From assembly GCA_964409035.1 (NCBI GenBank), contig CAYPBQ010000004.1:7687-71686 (forward strand): a DNA stretch of 64,000 nucleotides, given 5' to 3'. Source of the stretch: an uncultured Candidatus Saccharibacteria bacterium. GTDB lineage: Bacteria; Patescibacteriota; Minisyncoccia; Phycocordibacterales; UBA12088. The notes beneath the pieces are model-generated. The model saw nothing but the letters and a program-made list of their open reading frames with translations. It was not told the origin of the DNA and did no database searches. Shown here in pieces: positions 50,001-57,804 of the stretch. How positions within the stretch are numbered: position 1 is the stretch's first letter; each line of letters starts with the position of its first letter. The position numbers and the translations under genes were made by a program.

Positions 50001-53000
50001 TCCTTAACTATGGAGGTGGGGGCGTGGCAATAGGTGCTCTTTCCTCGCCTAGCTATACTCTTGATGTAAGAGGAGACACGCGTACAAGCAGACTTCGTTT
50101 GTTGGGAGAAGGGACAGATAGCGGACAAAGCAATTGCTACTACTGTATGTATCAAGAGGGTGGTGCATGGAGTAGTCCGTATCCTGACCTGCGCATACAA
50201 TTTCACACCGGAATAAAAATGGAAGCGTACCACGCGTATGGTGGTATTAAGATGTACAACGGATACGATGGGTCTGGTAATCCTGCTGGCCTTGCCTTCT
50301 CAGTGGGAGACGGAGATCAAACGGTGCGCTCGTATCAAAACTTCTATGCACCTATTGTGTATGATCAAGATAATGCATCGTATTATCTTGATTCAAGTGC
50401 AAGTGGTACGAGCCTCAACACCGCCGGCGCGATATACGCAGGGGCAGATGTTATTGTGGGGAATCAAATTGTATTATCTCAAGCAAATGGTACTGACAAT
50501 GGCTCCCCAAGTATTACCCCATTTGCAACAGATGATTTTTCATACGATGGCGATTATTTAAGCCATTACGGCTTTGGTTTTTACAGCAATAGTGGTTCAG
50601 GGGGCACACACGCATACATGAACGGTTACTACGGCCTCGACTTTTTTACCTCAGGCACTAACAGAATGCGAATAAGATCTGACGGCAATATAGGCATCGG
50701 AACAGTCGCTCCTTCAGCAAAGCTCACTATAATTACGAGTAGTGACTCTGCTCCAAGTACTATTAGTGCCTACGACGCACGGCATATCTCGGTTGGTCCA
50801 AGTGTCTCAGATGCTATTGCTTTCTCAAAAACAACAGGAGGTAGTTCATACATCACTTCTCTTCGTCCGGGTGTTGCATGGGACCCTCTTGCAATACAAG
50901 CAAGTACATTCACCTTTAATCCAGGCGGAGGCACTTCTTCTTTTTACATTAATAGTTCCGGCAACATTGGTATTGGGACGACAGGTCAGCAAGAGAAGGT
51001 ACAGATTTTTAAGGATGGTACACCTGCTGAGGGTAACTTTGGTCTTTCTATACTCTCAGCTTCGGCAGATTCAGAGCTTGCACTCGGTGCCTCTGCTTCG
51101 GGGGACTACTCATACATTCAATCATTTTCAGATGGGGTAAGTTGGACAAACAGACCACTTATACTACAACCAAATGGTGGCGCGGTTACAATAGGAGCAG
51201 TAGCTAATCCACGAACAAATACTGTACTAGATGTAGCAGGAGGAATTGGAATGGGACGACTTGGTACGTTTGGTACATATAATTCTTCACAGATACAAGG
51301 TATATGGAGTATTTCTCCTGATTATTTGATTAGCACCGGTTCCAATAATGGAGGCAATGCATACGGCATGGCGTACAGCTACGATAGTAATGGTGTCGGT
51401 ATTTCCGGATATGGTCACCAGATAGTATTTGTCGGAAATGGTACACGATACGCAAGCATTGGTGTTGATTCCGGTCATGCATATTTCGCTGGCAACGTCG
51501 GCATAGGGACGACAGCGCCAGGGGTAAAATTGGATGTTGTAGGAAATATTGCCGTCTCTGGTTCAAATGGTAATAGCATTTATACATGGACAAACTCAGA
51601 CACTAACTGGAGAATGGGTATGTCTAATAGTCCTGGATTCACGAGAGCGCTCGCGACTACGCATACGTCCTATGTGACCTATTCAAATGGAGCTGGGCAG
51701 GGATTTGCGGTTGGGGTAAATGGAGGCAACTCCAGTTTTGAAGTTGCTGGTTCAGATCATACGGCATACTTCAGAGGTAATGTTGGTCTTGGGACGGCAG
51801 CGCCAGAATCTAAACTAGAGGTAAATGGCGGAGCGCTCACTATGCAACGAGACAACGTACTCCATTACAGAAACGTTGTGCACTATCGAGTTAATGCACC
51901 AGATCAGCCAGGCACCATGCAAATCGAGATGCCAAAATTGTGGTCGGACACCATGATAACAGTGACTATTAAGGGGTACGACTATGATGCAAGTGCGGTA
52001 GGGGCAGGAGCGTGGGAGGTGGTGGTAAGTGGCTACAATTATGGTGCTGGTCCTTACTGGGTTAACACGTCAGCAGAGATACGAGGTAACGCTCCATTTA
52101 CACAGGTGCGTCTTGCGCGCAATGGATCTAAAAACGTTATCCTCCTTGGTGATACATCAACAGACTGGGACTACCCACAGGTAGCGGTAACTGATGTTGT
52201 TGCTGGGTATTCATCACAGACAGGGTGGGGTAGCGGGTGGTCTATTTCGCTCCTTAGCTCTGAGGCAAGTATTTCAGTTGTTACCACACCAAACCTTAAT
52301 ATGGGTAGGTTTGCAGATGGTTCAGCGTCAGCACCTACCCTTAGCTTTTTCACTGATACCAATACTGGTATCTATCGCCCAGGTAGCGATATTATTGGCT
52401 TTACCACGGGTGGCACAGAGCGTTTACGTCTAGATGGTTCTGGAAATCTTACCTTCAGTGGGGCAAATCCAACCATACAATCTGGAGGATCATATTTTGT
52501 TATTCCAAACGGTGTTTATTTCTCAGGTGGTACATCTTATTTTCAGACTAATACCAATTTTAGAGCAAACATTCAAAATGATACTGCAGCCTACCTTACC
52601 ATTGCTGGTGGCACTAGTGGCAATACTTACTTCTCTGGCAACGTAGGTATTAATACCAGCGCACCTAGTGTCAAATTGCATGTAAATGCTGGAGCTGCAG
52701 AAGCAATACGCATACAAGGTACTGCGGCATATATGTCATTCTACGATACGGCAGGCAGCGACCGATTTGGCTATATTCAACACACAGGCTCTAACCTGGC
52801 ATTGGTAAACGAAGAAGCAGGAATACTTAGTTTCTATACTTCAAATACCGAACGTGCTCGTTTTGATAGTTCGGGTAATCTTATCTTTAATCGCGTAGGG
52901 ATAGGAGCGGTTGGATCGTATGATGCTACCAAGACGCAGGCAGTGTGGTCTATGGGATCATCGTATGTATTGCCTCCTGATGGCGGAACCACCTCATATG

Positions 53001-54643
53001 GTACTTTGTACGGACTCGGGTGGTCATACAATCCAGACTACGGAGGAGCGGGTAATAACCCTCAATCAAAGGCGGGTCTTAATCATCAACTACTCCTAAT
53101 GATGAATGGTGTCACATATACAGCACTTGGAAATGGTATTTGGACAGCGGGTAAAATAACCACGACTGGAGGTATTGCAAGCTCTGGTGGGACAGTTCTA
53201 TCAAACTATGCTGGCTCAGGAGATATCTGGTTGCCGTACACTGATGGGAATTCATATTTGCGTAGCCCAACAAACTGGGTAACAAATACTATTCGAGCAG
53301 AAAATGGAAATTGGTACTTGCCAAATAGCGGAAGTGCCTATTTCAATCAGGGTAGTATGGGTATTGGCACCACCTCGCCTGTCTCAACTCTTGAAGTCAG
53401 TCGCACTTCTCAAGATAGTAACTCGGTCAACTCATACGGATTTAATGTGACGAATGGTAATGGAAAAATTGGTATGGGATACGACTTGGCGGACAACATG
53501 GCATACATCCAAAGTTATAGATATCTCGTCTCGTGGAATAACCTAGTTATCAACCCACATGGAGGTAATGTTGGTGTTGGCACCATATCTCCTAACCAGG
53601 GCAAGGTAGAGGTAATGGGAGGATCAGTGTGTGTAGATACGAACTCCGATGCTAATGCTTCATCATGTATCGCAAACGAATCCGATGTGCGCTTGAAGAA
53701 AAATATTGAAACACTCTCTGCGAGTTCATCACTTGCAACTCTCCTTACCCTTAACCCCGTTACCTTTGATTGGCGAGTTGACGATCCTGAGGTGCTCTCG
53801 CACTACCCACTTATCTCTCGCTTCGCATCGTCAACACACTCAGTAGGACTTATCGCTCAAGAGGTGCTTGAAGCATATCCACTTGCGATGGGTACAGAGA
53901 CGGTGGGAGATAGTGAGGTGCAATATTTCCAGCTCGATTATGAAAAATTTATACCGCTTATTATTAGTGGTGTGAAAGAGCTTGCAATACGGGTAAATAC
54001 CTTTGGGGATACGCTAACCACACTCACCGGAAAAGTAGATGAGCTTGCCCTTGCAGTTACTACCCTTACCACAAAAGTCGAGGAGGGAGTGATAGCGAGC
54101 GGTAATGTAATAAGTAGCGGTCTATCACAATTTAGCGCGCTGTGGGTGGGAGAGATTGCAGTTGGTACAAGTGAAAAACCAACCGGTATTACTATGTATG
54201 ATGAAGTAACAGGTGAGCCGTATTGCTTTAAGATACGAGAGGGACAGATAGCTACCACTCTTGGTGTGTGTAGTACTATACCTACTGATGAGGATATGGA
54301 TACTGATGCTGATACAGAAGCTCCGATTATTGTGATAATGGGCAATAATCCTGCACAAATTAGTATTGGTGAGACGTATAATGATTTAGGAGTAACGGTT
54401 ACAGACAATATAAACCCAAATGTTGGGTACACTGTATTTGTTGATGGGGTAGAAGTATCAAACATTATGCTCGATACTTCAGTTGAAAGAACATACGAGA
54501 TTAAGTATGTAGCAGAAGATCAAGCAGGGAATATTGGTACCGCAACCAGAACGGTGATAATAGCCCCAATAGAAAATACGCCTCAAGAAGATACAGAGGT
54601 ATCAGATGAGGGTGATGTGCCAGAGGGTACACCATCTGAGTAG
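41054..54643 (+). CDS. Giant (4529 aa) secreted fibre/adhesin-like protein: signal peptide, tail-fibre-like repeats, two CBM4_9-like domains, phage-type intramolecular chaperone (peptidase S74) domain, C-terminal DUF5011 Ig-like domain
   Basis: Signal ...FSYSTAQAQ. More than 15 occurrences of G(N)VGIGTT(S/N)P...KL(D/E)V(V/S)G. 15-aa repeats NTAxGxxALxxNTTGxx (~45127-45600). NWQFESDGAW (46121-) and SNGDFETGTFTGW (48961-) are CBM4_9 hallmarks. SDVRLKKNIETL...LIAQEVLEAYP...QLDYEKFIPLII (53681-54000) is the endosialidase-chaperone domain. MGNNPAQISIGETYNDLGVTVTD (54318-54570) is DUF5011. Confidence 0.8.
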   Translation: MQSLLKTTAYIVNFILLFEAVVFPFSYSTAQAQVAFTRQINYQGKLTDTVGGVVADGNYNLRFKLYTSATGGSPIWTETWCYSPNAGITCNGTGVNNRPALVNGLFSVMLGSTTALTSINFNQPLYLGVEVGGTGTTPTWDGEMSPRKRLGTVPSAFEAENAQTVGGVASSSLLRSNTSDAYTSGTLTFDSGTSLVVNGNATFARATTTNATTTHLYIGTDVWLNGERFTDLTGTGLKNTAGALQVDDTVFLSLSNWFATTTDALDEGSSNLYFTNARVAAYINASSTIPHVAGGAFGNILRWSGSAWQSVATSTLRIAIGDTTGTLSVARGGTGATTLTGVLKGNGTSAFTAMTGTANYVTRWTDANTLGTGVLYDNGTNVGIGTTTPIDKLFVYGGDVSVGKSSNTSFTGTRIYTGGVERAQVLANIDSTDGGKLVFYTKASGGSITEAARFDQAGRMSIGVGATPSGRLHVAGSGNVLFMNSGNTGIGTTSPYAKLSVAGHVVGAYFTATTTSTSTLPRTNITRLTLGGDYVTDITGTGLSVSSGSLNVSAVPASALSLTQGYTYVGNASNVASATSTLFISTAKNVGVGTTVPAAKLQIQGSGGIGQSVMIDNRELKFRGDGDAHYSIFANRIAGTLTIEETSANGDVGYAGSVRLAIQKTTGYVGIGTDTPLSKLDVVGGSLGVRSSTLTNGSIYINPGGSDYAGYIDFYKAGPTRIAYLGYKDGGSGNLGLNLENSASFNINGGNVGIGTTSPTALLHVRKDQNEGTKSRVVNLSSGTNAFSQFSVDALGASLYNYAIGSGYTTAGRYVAASGALDAVGAGGLSISASDGSGVIRFYTAGDNERLRITSTGNVGIGTTSPYAKLSVAGHVVGAYFTATTTSTSTLPRTNITRLTLGGDYVTDITGTGLSVSSGSLNVSAVPASALSLTQGYTYVGNASNVASATSTLFMSSASRVGIKQTSPGTTLDVGASTLDTIRSYGGFVGHASANIDGTGAAAYFPNGLYSNAATSWIYGNVYFSAGASVIQSDGDVGIGTTNPTGRFSIVSADSPYMFTVSGASKGVRFEGNSTGVILSGVDNTLASSYQPLYMNGSYLGFQNSTTEVMRITGNKVGIGTTNPNYKLTVSAGDQDGISVVSSGTARMEFNPDGGGAVVFNNADANGFYFNQNGTTRVTFDGSGKVGIGTAAPDTILHISSATPVLRIDASNNNVDSTLQFLGRDSNSGQTSKVQFVQGVTETVSGIGATLNILTTKESSGGSTFTSSMFINKLGNVGIATTAPAYKMDVNGYINTSGITGGYKMQGNTVLYASTTNTSLAVGASSAAAWMRASSSQKYSIAMGYQALAATPTGNPTKNTALGFYALSANTSGTQNTSIGANTLQQNTTGSYNTAAGVLSQYANTTGSYNTSYGYASLFSNTTGTDNTALGFQSLYYNTSGVHNTAVGQNTLLSNTTGSYNSAFGLQALQSNTSGIHNTSIGRTSMYLNTSGSYNAALGMYALYYNTSATTSTAIGWGAGQGSTNYSNTGGTYVGYAAGYNLGNASNYNTLIGLQTGFGITTGARNTVIGNSTIAASYNQITTGSNNIAIGNDVAVPSATASNQLVIGNLIYGTGLSGTGSTVSTGSIGIGIVNPTGKLQVVGDEVRVGDSGSVDIATADGDLFVEDDLEVDGEIYASTILSGDTNLVPNWQFESDGAWPDPADTVETTFIDGESIKAHRSVESGTGCYGWGHSPTFLVNPTKTYEFSVWIKSTENDMNNYFGFFAYDASGTQISTSPFDNPYFRGDENDPNEWHRWSGYIMPSYSDDNANGFPDAGDSPQTRGVDYSWPSNTVSAKVRFGSCYGDGSNTGLSYFAYPQVKEIQPDKRFVEGDHTIYGDLVVGQSGATNKVDIASGTRSATHASGLPLYVTGDIGAASSGIEFRHSNGSQGIGFGYNTIYATGSNSSQELNFTTKGTSGMHFQIGGNTKMAINGTTGNVGIGTTTPGVKLDVVGSIRAYSNALNNATIDQTKIAFINTTNTAAFDVGLLGGTSDAIAYLYNRANAAMIFGTNNSSRMTIDGSGNVGIGTTNPGQKLEVTGNTTITGTLRVGASTGGSGTAGDIVARRSATTGAYYFGDSTSNYLYFDGTNYIFGLGGLYVNTNGNVGIGNTSPSQKLDVVGNIKSTGYGIFPTGIAPAVTGAPDGKIFSPSGDYLGATTWGINYNEGTPDYIEFNNASGATSRIALDDGSAHFALSGGSVGIGTTAPGSKLVVSGGNVTIAPTGSEIAAGYNPLYVNAPVASSVTTDEEVSTAGINIRGYGDNVNLQLGVGGSALNYSGWIQASYDNGGTGGVEPLLLNPAGGNVGIGTTSPTKKLSTYHTGSQNGIEIAGYVPTLYFRNVGYTGDHYHISVAETGTNSTFAIKNETDGTYPFAIDGAGKVGILNSSPTYSLDVSGTGRFTDDLYMESGLKRENNSLDDTDSSLYMQYYSSGGGVVIGDSGVDHDLTVYGTGTFNEYIYLPDSNTRLSEGAGNALRMQTNSGYIDIGAQNTSYAHIYTDRPAFYTNAPVRVQGSLSVGSATYAGTDAPTNGAIIEGNVGIGTTNPASFKLQVAGNVGPETDATYDLGSSAKRWNNLYLTNAPIIGGYHDLTNDNLLSNGDFETGTFTGWTASGTTGVVSAGAYAGNYSAQSTGNQTVLSDDYIPVDPDYDVLQLEGWFKETTTGSPTPGVLYFGYIAYDESKVAITTSPCGTYCYFAASGYNIPNDGAWHKFSATTNGEGTSYPNFPVGTKYVRVLMLMNYAASSNEVTRFDHVTLKRVNNGPLFVGNNFSTTNLADQNQATKLYTTASNNFVIEPPSSGKVGIGTASPRQKLEVIGISQISYADGGNDFLTIQPYTDGYTYFNSHGDGAGEGGFRFRTNDGAAESMVITHSGYVGIGTTGPGNLLSVNQAGNATVGTGTTYGIALYNQGTLNAGLGSDASSVFLQSWAGKPLHINNQGNNTILNYGGGGVAIGALSSPSYTLDVRGDTRTSRLRLLGEGTDSGQSNCYYCMYQEGGAWSSPYPDLRIQFHTGIKMEAYHAYGGIKMYNGYDGSGNPAGLAFSVGDGDQTVRSYQNFYAPIVYDQDNASYYLDSSASGTSLNTAGAIYAGADVIVGNQIVLSQANGTDNGSPSITPFATDDFSYDGDYLSHYGFGFYSNSGSGGTHAYMNGYYGLDFFTSGTNRMRIRSDGNIGIGTVAPSAKLTIITSSDSAPSTISAYDARHISVGPSVSDAIAFSKTTGGSSYITSLRPGVAWDPLAIQASTFTFNPGGGTSSFYINSSGNIGIGTTGQQEKVQIFKDGTPAEGNFGLSILSASADSELALGASASGDYSYIQSFSDGVSWTNRPLILQPNGGAVTIGAVANPRTNTVLDVAGGIGMGRLGTFGTYNSSQIQGIWSISPDYLISTGSNNGGNAYGMAYSYDSNGVGISGYGHQIVFVGNGTRYASIGVDSGHAYFAGNVGIGTTAPGVKLDVVGNIAVSGSNGNSIYTWTNSDTNWRMGMSNSPGFTRALATTHTSYVTYSNGAGQGFAVGVNGGNSSFEVAGSDHTAYFRGNVGLGTAAPESKLEVNGGALTMQRDNVLHYRNVVHYRVNAPDQPGTMQIEMPKLWSDTMITVTIKGYDYDASAVGAGAWEVVVSGYNYGAGPYWVNTSAEIRGNAPFTQVRLARNGSKNVILLGDTSTDWDYPQVAVTDVVAGYSSQTGWGSGWSISLLSSEASISVVTTPNLNMGRFADGSASAPTLSFFTDTNTGIYRPGSDIIGFTTGGTERLRLDGSGNLTFSGANPTIQSGGSYFVIPNGVYFSGGTSYFQTNTNFRANIQNDTAAYLTIAGGTSGNTYFSGNVGINTSAPSVKLHVNAGAAEAIRIQGTAAYMSFYDTAGSDRFGYIQHTGSNLALVNEEAGILSFYTSNTERARFDSSGNLIFNRVGIGAVGSYDATKTQAVWSMGSSYVLPPDGGTTSYGTLYGLGWSYNPDYGGAGNNPQSKAGLNHQLLLMMNGVTYTALGNGIWTAGKITTTGGIASSGGTVLSNYAGSGDIWLPYTDGNSYLRSPTNWVTNTIRAENGNWYLPNSGSAYFNQGSMGIGTTSPVSTLEVSRTSQDSNSVNSYGFNVTNGNGKIGMGYDLADNMAYIQSYRYLVSWNNLVINPHGGNVGVGTISPNQGKVEVMGGSVCVDTNSDANASSCIANESDVRLKKNIETLSASSSLATLLTLNPVTFDWRVDDPEVLSHYPLISRFASSTHSVGLIAQEVLEAYPLAMGTETVGDSEVQYFQLDYEKFIPLIISGVKELAIRVNTFGDTLTTLTGKVDELALAVTTLTTKVEEGVIASGNVISSGLSQFSALWVGEIAVGTSEKPTGITMYDEVTGEPYCFKIREGQIATTLGVCSTIPTDEDMDTDADTEAPIIVIMGNNPAQISIGETYNDLGVTVTDNINPNVGYTVFVDGVEVSNIMLDTSVERTYEIKYVAEDQAGNIGTATRTVIIAPIENTPQEDTEVSDEGDVPEGTPSE
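42641..42804 (+). repeat. 164-bp perfect intragenic direct repeat, copy 1 (copy 2 at 43754-43917), embedded in ~290-bp homologous blocks whose 5' parts differ at scattered sites
   Basis: Base-by-base comparison of 42517-42810 against 43636-43920. Confidence 0.8.
43754..43917 (+). repeat. 164-bp perfect intragenic direct repeat, copy 2
   Basis: See copy 1. Confidence 0.8.
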
Positions 54644-54672
54644 TTGAAGTAATATGACACCATCAATCATAT

Positions 54673-55203
54673 ATGAATAATTTTTATAGAAACAAGCATG
54701 GATTCACTCTTATAGAGCTGCTCGTTGTCATCGCTATTATTGGGCTTCTATCATCAGTGGTATTTGCGTCATTAAATACCGCGAGAGGAAAAGCTCGTGA
54801 TGCCCGAAGAAAAGCCGATCTTGCGGAGCTTCAAAAAGGACTAGAGTTGTATTACGACACCTACGGCGGGTATCCATCAAGTGCGTGTCCTGCGGTTGAT
54901 TATCAAATCGAGACAAGTCTTGCAATGGAATCAAAGATGCTCCAGTTTCTACCGACATTTCCAAAGGATCCTCAAGATGGTAGCTGCTACAATAATTCAT
55001 ACCTTTATATTAGTAACGTATACAACAACTGCAGCGCCCCAAATGCTGGAGCGACACAATATGCGCTATACGCAACGCTAGAAGACCAGACACAAAACAA
55101 CTTAAACCCCGCAAGTGGTACCGACAATTGGCTCCGTGGTGGCGCTGGAGCGTGTGGTAATAGTAACCGACCAAATTACAAAGTAACCACAGGCGGCATA
55201 TAG
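54673..55203 (+). CDS. Type IV pilin/pseudopilin-like protein
   Basis: MNNFYRNKHG|FTLIELLVVIAIIGLLSSVVFASLNTARGKARDARRK. C-terminal domain has 4 Cys. Confidence 0.75.
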   Translation: MNNFYRNKHGFTLIELLVVIAIIGLLSSVVFASLNTARGKARDARRKADLAELQKGLELYYDTYGGYPSSACPAVDYQIETSLAMESKMLQFLPTFPKDPQDGSCYNNSYLYISNVYNNCSAPNAGATQYALYATLEDQTQNNLNPASGTDNWLRGGAGACGNSNRPNYKVTTGGI

Positions 55204-55255
55204 GGATTGGGAATAAGCAGCAAGATGTTCAAATTAAACTAATGTATACTACACA

Positions 55256-56296
55256 GTGATGAAAAGAATACGAGTAGCAATAAATGGATTTGGAAGAATA
55301 GGGAGGGCATTTTTTAGTGTTGCTAAGAATGTCCCTGAATTACAAGTAATCGCCATCAATGATTTAGGAGACGCAGAAAATCTTGCCTATTTGCTTAAAT
55401 ACGACACGGTATATGGAAGGAGTGGATTTGATCCAAAAATAAAAAAGGAGGGGAGTGCGGTATTTATGGATGTTGAGGGTAATCACACTCGATTTTTATC
55501 GGAAAAAGACCCAACTATGTTGCCCTGGAGTGAGTTAGATATTGATATAGTACTTGAATCAACTGGTGTGTTTGCAAGTTACGAGAAGGCGCGAGTACAT
55601 CTTGAGGCGGGAGCTAAGCGGGTTGTTATTAGTGCGCCAGTAAAGGATGAGGCGCCTTCTGGGATCATCGGTGTTACGGCGCTTATGGGTATTAATACTG
55701 AGCTCCTTAAAGACGCGGATATATCTTCTAATGCATCGTGTACCACTAATGCGGTATCTCCAGTAATACAAATACTTCACGAAGCTATTGGAATCGAAAA
55801 GGCAATGCTCAATACCACCCATGCGTATACCGCAAGTCAGTCTATAGTTGATGGTACTAAGCCAAAGGATTGGAAAGAGGGAAGAGCTGCGGCACACAAC
55901 ATTGTCCCCACCACTACCGGCGCGGCAGTTGCAACCACCAAGGCAATTACTGATCTTGCAGGAAAGTTTGATGGAGTTGCAATGCGTGTGCCGGTTATCG
56001 CAGGTTCAATTGCTGATATTACTTTTGTTGCAAAGAGGCGTACCTCGGTAGTAGAAGTAAATACCGCCCTCAAGGAAGCGGCACTTACCCCTCGTTGGAA
56101 AGATGTATTTTCTTTCACTGAAGAGCCGATAGTATCAAGTGATGTACTTGGACAGCCTTTTGCTTCTATCGCAGATCTTTCTCTCACTCAGGTAGTAGAC
56201 GGTGATTTGGTAAAGGTGCTTGCGTGGTATGACAATGAAATGGGCTATACTCACTCACTCATACAACATGTAAAGGAAGCAGGAAGGTATGTATGA
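55256..56296 (+). CDS. gap: Glyceraldehyde-3-phosphate dehydrogenase
   Basis: RVAINGFGRIGRAFF (NAD-binding), SNASCTTNAVSPV (active-site ASCTTN), WYDNEMGYTHSL. Confidence 0.9.
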   Translation: MMKRIRVAINGFGRIGRAFFSVAKNVPELQVIAINDLGDAENLAYLLKYDTVYGRSGFDPKIKKEGSAVFMDVEGNHTRFLSEKDPTMLPWSELDIDIVLESTGVFASYEKARVHLEAGAKRVVISAPVKDEAPSGIIGVTALMGINTELLKDADISSNASCTTNAVSPVIQILHEAIGIEKAMLNTTHAYTASQSIVDGTKPKDWKEGRAAAHNIVPTTTGAAVATTKAITDLAGKFDGVAMRVPVIAGSIADITFVAKRRTSVVEVNTALKEAALTPRWKDVFSFTEEPIVSSDVLGQPFASIADLSLTQVVDGDLVKVLAWYDNEMGYTHSLIQHVKEAGRYV

Positions 56297-56835
56297 AAAT
56301 AATAAATAATCCATCTCTATCAATAAGTGACGTAAAAAGAGGATTTACCCTCATAGAACTACTTGTAGTGATTGCCATTATCGGGCTACTTTCATCGGTG
56401 GTATTTGCGTCACTTAATAGCGCGCGCACAAAGGCGCGTGATGCTAAGCGACAGGCAGATTTGGGGCAAATACGAATAGCGCTAGAACTTTACTATGACG
56501 CAAATGGCGCATACCCCATAGGTGGTTGGTGGTATAGTTGCGATTCGTCCTGGAATAACTTACAAAGTGCCCTTGCTACGTATATGCCTAACTTGCCGAA
56601 GGATCCAGTTAACACATCATGTGCGGGTCCGTGGAATAACGGCTACTACACATATGTGTACGGCTCTGGCTCTGGGCAAAAATACGATCTTATAGGACAG
56701 TTTGAAAATACTAGTCATCCAGAGCGATGTGCAGTACGCGGGTGGCGATATCATGATTGGGGAGGAGGAACTTACTGGTGTAGTTACGCGGGCGGTGGCT
56801 ACGGTTATAGCCCCTACATGTTTGCAGACCATTAA
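56293..56835 (+). CDS. Type IV pilin/pseudopilin-like protein (ATGA overlap with gap)
   Basis: ...SDVKRG|FTLIELLVVIAIIGLLSSVVFASLNSARTKARDAKRQ. Cys-rich C-terminus. Confidence 0.75.
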   Translation: MKIINNPSLSISDVKRGFTLIELLVVIAIIGLLSSVVFASLNSARTKARDAKRQADLGQIRIALELYYDANGAYPIGGWWYSCDSSWNNLQSALATYMPNLPKDPVNTSCAGPWNNGYYTYVYGSGSGQKYDLIGQFENTSHPERCAVRGWRYHDWGGGTYWCSYAGGGYGYSPYMFADH

Positions 56836-56843
56836 AATACAGT

Positions 56844-57299
56844 ATGACAAAAAAGACAGTAATCATTGGTGCTGATCATGCAGGCTTTGCACTCAAAAAA
56901 GCCCTTATTTCATATGTTCAAAATGAGCTTCAACATGAGGTGGTTGATATGGGAGCCACTGATTTTGATGAAAATGACGATTACCCCACTATACTTATTC
57001 CAGCGGTCTCCCGAATGTTGGGCTCGCTTGAAAATAGTGTCGGTATTTTTATAGGAGGTTCAGGGCAGGGAGAGGCGATAGTAGCTAATAGGTGTAAAGG
57101 GATACGAGCCGCGGTGTACAATAATGACAATCTCGAATTAATTAAACTTGCGCGAGAGCATAATGACACAAATGTTCTATCGATTGGGGCGCGGTTTATT
57201 TCTGAAGATGGCGCAAAAGAGGCGGTAGCACTTTTTCTTGCAACTGATTTCTCCAACGAAGCGCGTCATGTTCGTCGTATTGCACAAATAGATGCTTGA
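56844..57299 (+). CDS. rpiB: Ribose-5-phosphate isomerase B (RpiB/LacAB family)
   Basis: VIIGADHAGFALKKAL...GIFIGGSGQGEAIVANRCKGIRAA...LSIGARF follows the RpiB pattern. Confidence 0.85.
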   Translation: MTKKTVIIGADHAGFALKKALISYVQNELQHEVVDMGATDFDENDDYPTILIPAVSRMLGSLENSVGIFIGGSGQGEAIVANRCKGIRAAVYNNDNLELIKLAREHNDTNVLSIGARFISEDGAKEAVALFLATDFSNEARHVRRIAQIDA

Positions 57300-57306
57300 T
57301 ATGCTA

Positions 57307-57795
57307 ATGATAAGAAAAACATCCGGATTCACCCTCATCGAGCTTCTTGTTGTTATCGCTATTATTGGGCTACTGTCATCGGTGGTATTTGCATCACTTA
57401 ATAGCGCACGAGCAAAAGCACGTGATGCGGTGAGAAAAACACAATTAGCTGAGGCGATGAAAGCACTTCAATTATATTACGACACCTATAATACCTTTCA
57501 GGTGGCTGGGTCTGGGTGGCAGGGGTGTTCGTGTGGGTGGTTCGACTATCAAGATTCAGGTTCATACGCTCTATCTGTCTCAAGAGCGCTTGTAAATGCG
57601 GGTTTGGTTAGTGGAGAGATTTCGCACCCAACACCCGGGCAGTACTACATGATATATCACCCATACGGAGCAACGGTTGGAGTCTGTTTGTATGCTCAGC
57701 TTGAAAATCCTACTGCGGAGGATAGAGCAAAGTATGCATCACAGCCTAACAACCTTGATGGCTATGGTATGAATTATGCTGTTTGTTCGCGATAA
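57307..57795 (+). CDS. Type IV pilin/pseudopilin-like protein
   Basis: MIRKTSG|FTLIELLVVIAIIGLLSSVVFASLNSARAKARDAVRK. Start at the ATG at 57307, which gives a 7-aa leader; the track start 57292 overlaps rpiB. Confidence 0.75.
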   Translation: MIRKTSGFTLIELLVVIAIIGLLSSVVFASLNSARAKARDAVRKTQLAEAMKALQLYYDTYNTFQVAGSGWQGCSCGWFDYQDSGSYALSVSRALVNAGLVSGEISHPTPGQYYMIYHPYGATVGVCLYAQLENPTAEDRAKYASQPNNLDGYGMNYAVCSR

Positions 57796-57804
57796 TTTTA
57801 TTTT

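Noticed and set aside
41054-54643. Prophage or tail-fibre gene of an integrated phage, because of the peptidase S74 chaperone domain and tail-fibre-like repeats
   Set aside because: No integrase, terminase, capsid or baseplate genes flank it. The protein has a secretion signal and is about 4.5k aa. The neighbours are housekeeping and pilin genes. Phage-derived domains in a cellular giant adhesin is the more economical reading.
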